Assembly: GCF_006345805.1 (NCBI RefSeq) | Contig: NC_043000.1 | Coordinates: forward strand, 43,896,001 to 43,960,000 | Origin: Octopus sinensis | Taxonomy: Eukaryota | DNA: 64,000 nt | Reading direction: 5' to 3' | Shown: positions 52,100-64,000 of the stretch, in pieces | Layout: every line of letters starts with the position of its first letter | How positions within the stretch are numbered: position 1 is the first letter of the stretch | Program-made: the position numbers and the translations under genes | Notes under the pieces: generated by a model | Told to the model about the DNA's origin: nothing | Seen by the model: the letters and a program-made list of their open reading frames with translations, nothing else | The model's database searches: none

Positions 52100-53950
52100 T
52101 AGAAAATAAAACATTAATTCTAACGATTCGTTATGTTAGTAAAATATTAACCTTTGGAAAAGTACATAGCAGTAATCAAGGTTGCTATTACGTTGGAACT
52201 TTGGGAGGATTCTTCTATGGTCATCGATTGGGTTAGATCAATAGAGGTAAGCAAACGTTTATTCAATTTGATATAGATAAATATTTCTCTTCTATTTACC
52301 CTACTATTTAGAATAAAACTTTAATTTTCGGTATGCCACATCCTGATCTTTCTAGGAAAGAAATTGATATTATCTTAGCTGCTCGTATATCTATCATTGA
52401 GTTTGAGGATAGCTATTGGTTATAAAAGATATATATTTTGGTATAACTATGGGATCAAGTGACTCCACTTAAGTTACTGATCTTGTAGGTATATATCTTT
52501 TAAGTGAACTACACCATCAATTCGTTAACATTAACGGTGGTGTTTATCATGATGATGCTCTATTTATTGTGAGAAACCGTAACGTTAGACAGTGAAATAT
52601 TTATCAAAAGTATCCGTTAGATTTTCCGCTAGATATACCTTTCCATTAGTATTGTAAATGAGTTTAATGTACCTAATTATCTGGACGTAACATTAGATTT
52701 GAATACAGCGAGTTTTGTTCCCCTCCATAAGACTAATGAAAATTTAAGGTATATAAGTTATTACTCTAATCTCCCAAGGAGTAATATTAAATCTTTGATA
52801 AAGAATATATCTATAAGATTATCCAGATTATCATCTAATGAGACAATTTTCCATAATAATCGTAACTATTATACCTATGCTCTCATGAAAGCTGGATACA
52901 AAGAGAAAATTAAGTATATACCAAATGTGAAAAATACTGGATAACCGTCAGTTGGGAACGTCATGTCATCATCATCCTAGTCAGGTGTCGCACTATGCGG
53001 TGCTGTGGTCATTCCGATGTCTTGCCACCTGCTCCTGTATTCTACCCCCATGGACAGCTGAGAATAAAAGCAATCCCATGGCTCGATGTCTTTCAGCCAA
53101 GAAGTGGGCGGACCGCCTCTTTTACGTCTGCCGTTCACCTTGCCAGTTATGATCGTTCGCTCGAGTCCATCTCGGCGAATGACGAGGCCAAAGAACCGTA
53201 GCTTCAGCTTCATGATATTTCGCCGAAGCGTCATCTCGCAACCGAGCTTTTATAGTACACAGTTGTTCATCCTTCTCTCTGTCTACGACACTCTAAGGAT
53301 TCTGCGGTAACACCACATTTCAAAAGAGCTCACTCTTTTCGTGTCTGCCTTCAACATTGTCCACGACTCTCAGCCGTACGTTGCAATAGAGAAAGTGGCA
53401 ACCCGAAGTAGCCTTATCTTCAGCAGCATTAACACGCCACGCCTCTTCCATATGTTCTCCATCCTATAGTAATAATAATAATATCAATAATAATGATGAT
53501 GGTGATGATGATGATGATGATGATAATAATAATAATAATACAATAAATTGATTGTAATTGTAGAGATATAACTATATGTCCGCTAAATGGGTTGTGTCTC
53601 GAAAAGAATTAGTATATAGATCTGAGGTAAGAACTAATGGTGAAACGGTTTATTACATTGGATATACAACTAATAAATTTAAATCCTGATATAATAATCG
53701 TTGCACAGATTTTCATATTAACTAAAGAAGTCGATCTACTAGACTTAGTAAATATATATGGGGACTGAAGGAAAAGACCATTGATGAGGAAGTTTAATGT
53801 TCAATAAATGGATATGCAAAGCTTTACTCCTTTGTTAGTAATAGGTGCAATTTATGTCTAGAGGAATTATTTTTGATACATCTAGATTTAAATTGTTGAA
53901 TTTGACCTCTAGTTTTAATATGAATTTTACCCATAAATATAGGAAACGAT
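52100..53950 (+). mobile_element. Decayed Penelope-like element (RT and GIY-YIG) interrupted by an RTE insertion
   Basis: FIQFDIDKYFSSI, FGITMGS.DS..VTDLVGIYLL, GGVYHDDAL, NYLDVTLDL; after 53560 CPLNGLCL..VY..YYIGYT..FKS..STRLSKYIWGLK..CNLCLEE. Confidence 0.8.
52961..53465 (-). mobile_element. RTE-clade LINE 3' fragment
   Basis: ATYG*ESWT..FEMWCYRRILRVS, LRFFGLVIRRDGLERTIITGKVNGRRKRGGP..SWLKDI; (GAT)n-type tail. Confidence 0.85.
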
Positions 53951-54099
53951 AATTATTTTATAAAGAATAGTTTATTATGTTGATACTAAGAATCCTCATT
54001 AATATATAGGGATAATTGATACATAATATTTAATATGTTTAATATTTTTGATATTTCTAATGTCTGTATTTTGATATATTTGTTCTTACTTTTTACTTT

Positions 54100-54110
54100 T
54101 TGTGTGTATA

Positions 54111-54201
<91 letters not shown>

Positions 54202-54317
54202 ATGCATTTGTATATGTCTATAGGTATGTATATGCGTATATATGTGTGTGTATATATTTATGTGTGAGCGTATATATGTATACGTATGTGTATGTATATT
54301 TATGCGGTATATGCACG

Positions 54318-54360
<43 letters not shown>

Positions 54361-54714
54361 ATGTATATAGATATATATGTGAGTACAGATATGTATATGT
54401 GCGTTTATACGTTTGTATATGTATATGATAATATATCTATGTGTGTATATGTATGTATATGTATGTATATATGTATACGTAAGAATATATATATTGTATA
54501 TGCATGTGTATTGATATATGTATGTATGCATGTATATTTGTATATATATAGAAGTGTATCTAAAAACTATATCTGTGTATGTGTGTGAATATATGGGAAT
54601 ATGATGACATATATGTATAGGAGTTTTAAAATATCTATGTGGGTGCCTATAGGGATTTATTTATTTATATATGCATATATGTATGTATATATCTGTACGT
54701 ATATATATATAATA

Positions 54715-54769
<55 letters not shown>

Positions 54770-55210
54770 ATATGCATGTATATATATGTATATGCATGTA
54801 TATATATAGATATATATATGTATGTGTGTGTTTATGTGTGTAGGTGTGTGGGTGTATGTGTATGACGACGCATCATTGAACTTTTCAGCCAAATTCTGAA
54901 TACATAAACTAAAAAATATATATCATTGCTTACTCCACATACAATTATATGCTTGTATACATGAGAGTACATATATATATGTATCTGTATGTGTGTGTGA
55001 GTATGTGTGAGTGTGAAAAAACATGTGTTAACGTGTGCGTGCGAGCGTACCTCTACGTATAGATGTATACACATATGCATGCATGACTGTGTGTAAGTAT
55101 GCATGTATACAAGTGTATTAATATGTGTTTCTGCGTGTGAACATGTATGGACATATGCATGCATTTGTATATATGCATATATAGGGATATTATTCTGAAT
55201 ATATATATAC
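54100..55210. repeat. About 1.1-kb (TA)n/(TATG)n/(TG)n low-complexity region
   Basis: Direct reading. Confidence 0.9.
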
Positions 55211-55279
55211 GTGTATGTGCGGGTTACATTTAATAAATCATAAGGTAACAATTATTCATATGTAAATTTTGTTTCCATT

Positions 55280-55639
55280 TTGGTTGGAAAATTGTTCTCT
55301 GTGAACGAAAAGGTCAGTGTCCTTAAGGTCGCTCGGCTAGGAAGATTCCAAGCGAACCCAACCGCAGATACTAGACCACGCCCAATAAGGGTAATCTTTT
55401 TTTCTGATCGGGAGGCTTCAGTCTTTCTGAACAGAGCTCAGACGCATGCCTGGGAGGACACCAATATGGGTTTTCGCGAGGAATACTCACTAAGAGAGAG
55501 AATTCGCCGGAGGAACCTGATATCCGAGCTAAAGATGAGGAAACAAATGGGAGAGAAGGGTTTACGAATCCAAGATGGACAGATTATCAAGTCCTACCTC
55601 TGGTCCCGTACTGTAGTGCTGACAGGGAAAGTGATGTGA
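55280..55639 (+). CDS. C-terminal fragment of LINE ORF1
   Basis: ARLGR..RPRPIRVIF..EEYSLRERIRRRNLISELKMRKQMGEKGLRIQDGQII, typical of CR1-group ORF1 C-termini; 5' truncated, start codon not real. Confidence 0.7.
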   Translation: MVGKLFSVNEKVSVLKVARLGRFQANPTADTRPRPIRVIFFSDREASVFLNRAQTHAWEDTNMGFREEYSLRERIRRRNLISELKMRKQMGEKGLRIQDGQIIKSYLWSRTVVLTGKVM

Positions 55640-56316
55640 GGGCAAATCGAAGTGAAGTTGATACCCCCGTCAACAATGCTATCTCTGATGCCCTTTATTC
55701 TGCTTGTTCCCCAACTCCCGCCCCTCAGACTTCTCAGCTCAGCATCGTCTACACCAACTCGTGCTCCTTATTCCCAAAGTTCAGTGAACTATTTACACTG
55801 GCCCTACGCGACTCCCCTGATGTGATAGCTATCACCGAGACTTGGCTGACTCCAGCAGTAAAGGACTCAGAGATCCACCTGCAGGGCTACGTCCTTTTCA
55901 GATGTGACAGAGGAAAAAGGCGAGGTGGAGGTGTTGCTGTGTATGTTAAGTCTGAGCACAAACCGTCCTGCGGTATTCTACCCACAAATGCTCAACCTAC
56001 AACCAAATTCGATGCCGTCTATTGCAAGCTGAGCCTATCTGAGTTTTGCCTGCCCGTGTTGGCTGTCTACAGGCCGCCTCTAGCCGACCCCCAGGACGAT
56101 GCTCATCTACTCGAGGCGATAAGATTCGTTTCAGCTTCGCATGACTGCTTGGTACTAGGCGACTTCAACGCTCCCATGATCGATTGGCCCGCATCAATTT
56201 GTACAACATCTTCCCGTTCGGCCAGGCCCTTCTTGACGTGGCTGAAGATTGTTTTCTATCGCAACATGTTGATTATCCGACAAGGCATCGGTCTGGGCAG
56301 CAGCCATCTATGCTAG
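55636..56316 (+). CDS. LINE ORF2 N-terminal part: apurinic-like endonuclease (APE)
   Basis: YTNSCSL, IAITETWL, FRCDR..RGGGVAVYVK, AVYRPP, LVLGDFN; homology continues in another frame near 56215. Confidence 0.9.
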   Translation: MRANRSEVDTPVNNAISDALYSACSPTPAPQTSQLSIVYTNSCSLFPKFSELFTLALRDSPDVIAITETWLTPAVKDSEIHLQGYVLFRCDRGKRRGGGVAVYVKSEHKPSCGILPTNAQPTTKFDAVYCKLSLSEFCLPVLAVYRPPLADPQDDAHLLEAIRFVSASHDCLVLGDFNAPMIDWPASICTTSSRSARPFLTWLKIVFYRNMLIIRQGIGLGSSHLC

Positions 56317-58523
56317 ATCTGGTATTCTCCCGCTATCCAAGATCAGTGTCAGACGTATCTGTGTGCGCCCCTCTTGCCAAGAGTGATCATGCGGTCCTAA
56401 AGTTCGTCATGCACACAACTTTTTCCACGCCCACGATTACTTCGCTGCCACGTAGAGTCTTCTCTGCAATTAATCTTGAAATTCTAACCGAGGCTTCCGC
56501 GCTTCTGGACTGGCGTTCCCTGATGACGTTGTCCTCAGTTGACGAACTATGGTCATCCCTCAAAGCATATGTAATCTGTTTGACTGACCAGGCAGTTCCC
56601 GTTGGACATCCCAAGAGGAAGAAACACAAGCCCTGGGTGACGAAGAAGGTTAAACGAGAACGTCGACTCAGAGATATTGCTTGGGCTGAATTCAAAAATC
56701 TAGATTCGACTGCAGCTTTTGAGGTGTACAAAACTCAACGAGACCGAGCCGTGAAAATTGAAAAGAAAGAACGCTTCAGTTATGAATACAAAATCGCGGC
56801 AAATGCCAGTAGCAATCCAAAAACCTTCTTTGCCCATGTCCAGCGGAATTCCCGCTTGAACAACCAGATTGTAACATTGGTAGACTCAACAGGCGTATCG
56901 ATTGAGGACCCTTATCAACAGAGTCAATTATTTGCCGAGGCTTTTTCAACTATTTTCAAACAAGATGATGGTCGTGAACCCCCTCCATTTGATAGATCGG
57001 TACCTCCAATGCTTCGATTGCTCATCACGCGGGACCAAGTCAAACGTGTTATTCAAGGCCTCGATGTCAACAAGGGTCACGGCCCTGACGGCATACACCC
57101 ACGGGTTATCAAAGCGTTGGCTCCGGTCATCTGCGAGCCCTTAACACGACTATTCAATATGTCATTGGCGACGGGTGTTATACCTGCAGACTGGAGAACA
57201 GCGATAATCTGCCCAATTTTCAAGAAAGGGAGCCGCGAAGACCCGCTTAACTACCGACCGGTTTCCCTTACATCAATAATCAGCAAGATGTTCGAAACCA
57301 TCCTTAAGAAAAGTATGATGCTCCACCTCCTAAGCACAGCCTCGATCACTGATTCCCAACACGGCTTCGTGCCGAAGAGATCATGCTTGACCAACTTACT
57401 AGTAATGGAAGAATTGGTGACGCGCATTCTCGATGATAGTGATGCTGTTGATATCGTTTTATTGGACTTTGCCAAAGCTTTTGACTCGGTAAACCACCGC
57501 CTACTACTTGTCAAGCTTCAAGCATATAGTTTCCATCCGGATATTGTACGATGGGTTGGTGCCTTCCTCTCAGATCGCTCCTTCCAAGTTCAAGTTAATG
57601 GTTCGCGGTCCGACGTCTCCAGTGCGAGCAGTGGCGTGCCTCAAGGTTCAGTGCTTGGGCCCTTGTTGTTCTTAGTCTTCATAAATGACTTGCCCGACGA
57701 CCTCACGCAACACACCCTTCTATTTGCCGACGATATCAAACTGGTCGCTCCTCGCGGTAGTATAGAGGATCTTCGTCGATGCCTCCACCAAATTTGGAAG
57801 TGGTCTAACGATTGGGACCTGTGTCTGAACGTGTCAAAGTGCTGTCATTTGCCTGTCGGCTCTACTCCTACAACTCAACTTGATTTCGAGCCGGGTCGTC
57901 TGCTGCTGGAGAGGACCGATCAGGTAAAGGACCTGGGTATCTTGGTGGATTCCTCCTATTCGCCTTCGGCCCAGTGCGTCCATGCTGCCAACAAAGCGCG
58001 CGGAATTCTGTTTTTGATTCGACGGTCATTCGGAGTGCTCACAGCAGCCATATTCCTGCCACTCTATGTCCCGCTGGTGAGACCCATATTGGAGTATGGG
58101 ATTCAAGCCTCTTCTCCTTATCTCCTCAAAGACATACAGCACCTCGAAAGAGTCCAGGAGCTGGCTACCCGCCTGGTTCATGGTCTCAAAAATTTGTCCT
58201 ACGAAGAAAGGCTGAGGAAGTTCGACCTTTATTCTCTTGAAAAACGCCGCCGCCGTGGTGATCTCATTCTCGCCCACAACATCATAAGCGGGAAGTGTAA
58301 CCTCTCAAAAGAGCTGTTCTTCACTCCTGCTCCGGAGCGTCGGCTGCGGGGTCATTCCGAAAAGCTCTACCTGCGACGATTTCATCTCAATCGAAGGAGA
58401 GGAGCTTTCTCCGTCCGGGTTGCGGATCCGTGGAACAAGCTGCCAGATGAGATGGTGAAGATGCCGACGACCGCTTTGTTCAAAGCCTCCCTGGACCTCA
58501 AGTGGCCTGAACTCTTTACATGA
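56184..58523 (+). CDS. LINE ORF2 C-terminal part: reverse transcriptase
   Basis: 779-aa open frame with [66 protein letters not shown]. Confidence 0.95.
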   Translation: MARINLYNIFPFGQALLDVAEDCFLSQHVDYPTRHRSGQQPSMLDLVFSRYPRSVSDVSVCAPLAKSDHAVLKFVMHTTFSTPTITSLPRRVFSAINLEILTEASALLDWRSLMTLSSVDELWSSLKAYVICLTDQAVPVGHPKRKKHKPWVTKKVKRERRLRDIAWAEFKNLDSTAAFEVYKTQRDRAVKIEKKERFSYEYKIAANASSNPKTFFAHVQRNSRLNNQIVTLVDSTGVSIEDPYQQSQLFAEAFSTIFKQDDGREPPPFDRSVPPMLRLLITRDQVKRVIQGLDVNKGHGPDGIHPRVIKALAPVICEPLTRLFNMSLATGVIPADWRTAIICPIFKKGSREDPLNYRPVSLTSIISKMFETILKKSMMLHLLSTASITDSQHGFVPKRSCLTNLLVMEELVTRILDDSDAVDIVLLDFAKAFDSVNHRLLLVKLQAYSFHPDIVRWVGAFLSDRSFQVQVNGSRSDVSSASSGVPQGSVLGPLLFLVFINDLPDDLTQHTLLFADDIKLVAPRGSIEDLRRCLHQIWKWSNDWDLCLNVSKCCHLPVGSTPTTQLDFEPGRLLLERTDQVKDLGILVDSSYSPSAQCVHAANKARGILFLIRRSFGVLTAAIFLPLYVPLVRPILEYGIQASSPYLLKDIQHLERVQELATRLVHGLKNLSYEERLRKFDLYSLEKRRRRGDLILAHNIISGKCNLSKELFFTPAPERRLRGHSEKLYLRRFHLNRRRGAFSVRVADPWNKLPDEMVKMPTTALFKASLDLKWPELFT

Positions 58524-59149
58524 ACACCACCCTGTACTTAACTCCATGTCCCCCTACATGGCCTTGCTATTTGCTTTTGAGCCAAATTAACTAACTAACT
58601 AACTGAAGTTAATAGTTTTCTAATTAAAGAATCTTCAAAATTAACGTTTTATTTTTTAGGCAAAATTTTCATTATATTAGGCTGTAACTGTAGCTGCTTG
58701 GAATAGAAAAAAGAGAACACCGAAATGACATTGTTTTCGATTTCTATTCGTTCTATGAAATTTATTTTTTCTTTCCATTATACGTACCACATTTTTGTTT
58801 TATTTTTGATATTTTTTAGCGTTCATAATAGTATAACCATTTTAATGATTTAGTTCATAAATATTTTTAAATGGTGTAACTAAGGATTTCGCTGGAACCC
58901 CCCGAGAAGATCTTTTACTAAATGCATTGTAATGACAATTATTTAATTATTAATTTATTTAATTAACTAATTGAAACAGAAACATATATCATAAAATGGA
59001 TAAATAAATAAGGAATTATATCTGTTTCCATTTTCTACCTTATTACATTTTCTCGGGTCCTACTACATTAAGTATTTTAACTCCAATTAATACTATGTGT
59101 GGTGAAAACCAAATTTGAGATTGAATTGTTATTTACTTGAAATTGTCTC

Positions 59150-59236
59150 CCTACTTTGTTATATATATATATATATATACATATTCTCTTTCTTTTTTTC
59201 TCTCTTTCTCTCCCTCTCTCACTCTGTGTCTCTCAC

Positions 59237-59315
<79 letters not shown>

Positions 59316-59345
59316 AGAGAGATAGAGTGACAAAGCGAGAGGGAG
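59150..59345. repeat. (TA)n/(CT)n tracts
   Basis: Direct reading. Confidence 0.9.
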
Positions 59346-61222
59346 ATACATAGACATATAAATATATATTTACACATATGATACATATTAAAGTACATAT
59401 TTCTTTTATATTATATTTAAAGTTTGCCATGTGAAGTTTGTTGAATATTTGCATGCCACCCGCATATTTGTACGGCATGAAGTAGTATTTGCGAGAAAAC
59501 GGTTTATGCAAAATGTGATAATTTATTATAATAAGAAATGACTTGATTTTAACATTGCTAGTGTTGTTGGATTTTAATCTTGGATTAACCGTCATCAAGT
59601 TAAATATAGTAATGTGTTACTATATGTTAGGTCATAATTTCGTTAGGTCAGAGTTCGAAAAAGAAAGTTCTGCAATTTATTGCTGCACACCACGCACAGA
59701 TATTTTGTTCTTAGTGATGAAATGGTTGTACTGCTTAATCCCCCATCTACTCGATGCTACCTATATATGCGCCAGATGCGGAAGAGATCCCATAGCTATG
59801 TTCGATGAAGTTGTTTGGCTCTAGAACACAATGCACCGCTCCGTCGGATAATCGAGGCGGCGTGTTGCAATGGGGAGTACATCTACGTCACTGGCAATAT
59901 ATCTTGAGTGTTTCTATTTCTGAAAGAATATGTGTAATTTGAAGAGAGACGACAAAGTTTTCGCAGAAAGAAGCAGGATGGTGTAATTTTCATATTGTTG
60001 GAGGATATATTTATCCCACCATTATTGTTTTTGTTTTCGCCTGGGGCCTCACTTCCATGATAACCTTTGCTAAATGTTAAAGTCATATGAAAAGCGGTCT
60101 TGAATTTTCATAAATTTCAAATTGTTTTGATTATGTTACCAGTAATGGAAACAACCAATGAGTAAATGTATTTTACCATGGCCATTCTATGATTTGCATA
60201 TTTTAGTATTGTGTTGCATTCTGATTGCATTATAATGCAATCAGAATACAAATGCACTCTTTAATTATCGGCTTTTAAAATCCTATTCCTCATAGCTTAT
60301 GCTCTGCAGTAACTAAAAATGGTGTCATAGATGATGGCAAATAATTATGATAATGGCGATGACAATGATGATAAATTTGCTTCTGTTGCTGCCATTTTTA
60401 TACATAGTGGAGTTTATGATCATGATGATGATAATGACACCGATGATGATGATGGCCGTGGTGAATATAGATGTTATATTAGATGGAAATTTTGTCATAT
60501 TAAAATTTAATGAGCTGACACTGTATAGTTGTTGAAATGTAAGCACACACACATACTCACGCACACATAAACACACTCATACATGTACACGCACATGCAC
60601 GCACGCACGCACACATATGTATGTCCGGTAATGATGTAACTGTGATATGATATATGATTACTACCTTCCATTACTTTCAGTAAAGTTCGTTGCCATCGTT
60701 TTATTATCTTAAATAATGACTACACAATTATCTTCATTAGTGTCTCCCTCAAGACAACAGTTAGAAATACAACAACAGCTCATTCATATATATAACTATA
60801 ACATTAACTTATTTCAGTGTGGCGATATCTACTTCTGCTCAGAACTACATATAAAGACATTTGAAAATATTGATAGTTCATTGCTAGTCTTAATCTGATG
60901 TACATTTTCGTTCAGCTGCCATCTGGTCGATGTTTGCTTAAAGAAATATCTCCAATTTCTTAATCTAGATAGATTTATTTGGCTGCAAATCAGTGGGTTA
61001 CTGTGTGTGTTTAGCATTACATACATAGCTAGAAGAATTTGAAAAAAATAATTTTTTAAAAGTCAACTCCCGAACTTTCCCTCGCCAGTCTGCGTCGCTG
61101 AAAATAGTCATGGATATTGCTCCAATCCTCCTTTCAAAAATATAATCATAATCGTAGACTTAGAATTAACGTACCATTATCATTTTGTGTGCTCACATTG
61201 ACATGCAGTCTTTATGTTAGTG

Positions 61223-61400
61223 AGTTAGTTAGTTAATTATTGGCTCAAAAGCAAATAGCAAGGCCACGTAGGGGGACATGGAGTTAAGTACAGGGTGGTG
61301 TTCATGTAAAGAGTTCAGGCCACTTGAGGTCAAGGGAGACTTTGAACAAAGCGGTCGTCGGCATCTTCACCATGTCGTCTGGCAGCTTATTCCACGGATC
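61223..61400 (-). mobile_element. About 180-bp 3' end of the same CR1 family
   Basis: Reverse complement of 58425-58604, including the (AACT)n tail. Confidence 0.9.
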
Positions 61401-62628
61401 TTTTTTAAATGCCATAATCTTTCGGATTTTTTAAATGTTATAATTACTAATACAGAATCCAAACTACATTTCTAATATTATGTCGTTCAGAATTTTTCTC
61501 ACCTCAGTTACTATATTTCTTTCCGTCTGTCTGTCTCTTTCTTTATTTCTTTCTTTTGCTTTATCAGCCAATGTCTCTCCTCTTCTTTACTCGATCATTT
61601 AAGTTTATTGGTTCATTGATTGTTTTCTAAATTACTTCCTCAGTAGTTTTTCACCCTGTTTTTCTGTTTTGACAGCTAGGAATATTCAAACGTTTTCTCT
61701 CTGTTACTTTTCACATTTCTTTTGAATTTACCAAACGTAATTATGGGTGTGAGAATTTACAGCCAAAAGATGTAGGTACATCTTTTGTATTTTTATTTGT
61801 ATAAATAATGTTTACAAATAAGTGTAGGACAACCTAAATACATTATTAAATTTAAGTCGCATATATTTAAGAGAAAAGACAAAATTTTTGTCAATGTTTT
61901 ACACAAACGTAATTATTTTCCTATCTTTGCCTTTACATTTTGTAATACCGTCATTTCTTATATGATTACCTATTGTTTAAATTGTATCGGAAGTGTTTAC
62001 TCTTTTCTGTCATTTCATTTACCCTCCTCTAATTTACTAAGTGTGTTATTCTTTCAACTATCCGATCTACTGTATCATAAGATAATTTCCTACGAAATAT
62101 GTTTCAAAAATTTTTATTTATTATACACATAATGTGAGAGCTTTTGTCCCATATTAATATCACACAGTAAATTACCGAGTACATGGAGTAGACGTCAAAC
62201 GACCGGTGTCGTCTCTTGAATGTTTTAACTATAAAAGGGCGAATTAAGGAACGGAAGACATCATAAACTAATCAAGTAAATGATAATTTATTACATGAAG
62301 GGCAAGTTTAAACTCAACATAATTTTTACTCAGACTGGGAAAATATGATGTAAATCGGGAAAAACACTGCAAAACAATGGTTCAATGTTCTATTGGTTAT
62401 ACTAAATCACTACTTAGGACATCTATTGAAACACTAACTAAATGCAGTCGTAATCAAATTACGTCCATTTTTGACCGGTGTACAAAAATGGACCCTGGCC
62501 TGAAATATTTTAGCAGAAGCATTGGAAATTCACAGCATTAATTTAGGTCGAGGGATTTTATTTAGAATGAATAATTTGACAAGAGGATATAAGCATCTAC
62601 AGCATATGCTTAATATTTGGACAGTATA

Positions 62629-62858
62629 AGGCTGATGGCTGGCAGAACGTTAGCGCGCCGGGCGAAATGCGTAGCCGTATTTCGTCTGCCGTTACGTTCT
62701 GAGTTCAAATTCCGCCGATGTCGGCTTTGCCTTTCATCCTTTCGGGGTCGATAAATTAAGTACCAGTTACGCACTGGGGTCGATGTAATCGACTTAATCC
62801 GTTTGTCTGTCCTTGATTGTCCCCTCTGTGTTTAGCCCCTTGTGGGTAGTAAAGAAAT
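62629..62858 (+). mobile_element. tRNA-derived SINE (family C)
   Basis: A-box-like ggctggcagaacgttagc, B box gagttcaaattcc, central ggggtcgataaattaagtacc..ggggtcgat. Confidence 0.8.
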
Positions 62859-63084
62859 ATATATATGGTATGATAAAAGGAATTTTTTTCAGTAAGTTTT
62901 TTTCCGGCCGACTAGAAGTGTAAAGCTAGGATGAGGTTTGAGTACCTTTTACTTTATAACGTATGTGCCGAAGGATTAATAATCTAAGCATATTACTATA
63001 ATTATTCCGTATATATGATGAATGCGCGACAATACACACCGAACCCATTTGTAGAGAACAAGTCCGTATTCTAAATTTACTTTG

Positions 63085-63209
63085 TATATATATACATACA
63101 CATATGCATACATATATGCATGCATATATATATATGATGTATATATATATATATATATATATCATGTATATCTATCTATCTATCTATCTATATATATATA
63201 TATATCATG

Positions 63210-63271
<62 letters not shown>

Positions 63272-63278
63272 TATATAT
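63085..63278. repeat. (TA)n/(TATC)n tracts
   Basis: Direct reading. Confidence 0.9.
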
Positions 63279-64000
63279 ACATGTTTTACTAAAGCATGCA
63301 CCTATGCTTCAAGAATGATAAAAGAAATATTTTTTTCCGTAATGGAATTAAACAAATTATCATTTTCCTTTGATTAGGATGTACGATTTATTTTTAAAAC
63401 ATTGTTGGGTAACTTTATATGCAGTGATCACATATTCTACAACACCGCTCAGTTTTGTCCGATTTGACCATAATTATTTCTTAACAAAACATTCTGTCTT
63501 TCCGAAATTAATTTTCATGTAATAGAAACTGTATGAATTAATACCATTGGCACAAATACCAAACGCGGCATTATTGTGTTAGAATCAAATTAATACTGCT
63601 GCCTGTTGATATAAATTGTATGTATGATCTGTTCCGCTTTAGGCAGTGAAAACAGTTTCCAGAGAATCATCTGACATGCCTGAAGCGAATTTATGTCTGT
63701 TGCTTCGTAAGCTTTCTGGCCTTTACTTAGATCTATCTTTGCGTCGTCATATTTGGAACATTACAGCTATCCACTGAATTAGGACATCGATGTGTTGCAG
63801 TTATAAACCGGAGGTGAATGAATTCTTGCACCAATCATCCAAATCTGTTTGATATGTATGTGGGCTATGTTATACGCGCTCACATATCTAATGTCGAAGA
63901 TAGACTGTAGTAAATTTTAAAGTTGTCTTCAATGTTCTCAAGAGTACAAAGCACTATAATCTTTATTTCTTCTCAGGCAGATACTATTGATATCGATATT

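Larger units (their letters stand above)
55270..58604 (+). mobile_element. Near-intact CR1-clade LINE (ORF1 C-terminus, APE-RT ORF2 with one frameshift, 3' UTR, (AACT)n tail)
   Basis: Three overlapping ORFs listed below; tail aactaactaactaact. Confidence 0.95.

Noticed and set aside
63540-64000. Unique sequence with a YDDAKI-like RT motif on the minus strand
   Set aside because: No supporting neighbouring RT motifs; window edge

Overview
AT-rich, microsatellite-dense eukaryotic DNA (intergenic or intronic), not prokaryotic. The tRNA-derived SINE families and simple-repeat style resemble octopus/coleoid cephalopod genomes; this is inferred from recalled repeat families, not from a search. I found no host protein-coding gene I can support, and most ORFs in the track are translations of (ATT)n, (TA)n, (CA)n or (CTT)n repeats. 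The window is a transposon graveyard: three R4/Dong-type RLE non-LTR pieces (two embedded in (TAA)n arrays), four CR1-group LINE copies (one with an almost intact APE-RT ORF2), an RTE 3' end, a decayed L1/Tx1-like inverted pair, several Penelope-like (PLE) remnants, a Helitron helicase remnant, four mariner derivatives, a TA-inserted MITE and several SINEs. The most interesting signal is a non-coding 362-bp repeat at 44860-45782. It is arranged as tandem plus inverted copies, and the two copies that span the motif carry a minimal type-I hammerhead ribozyme fold with a compensated non-canonical core (U3-A8 instead of C3-G8), making it a retrozyme/PLE-pLTR-like candidate. Coordinates of decayed elements are approximate, and all alignments were done by eye.
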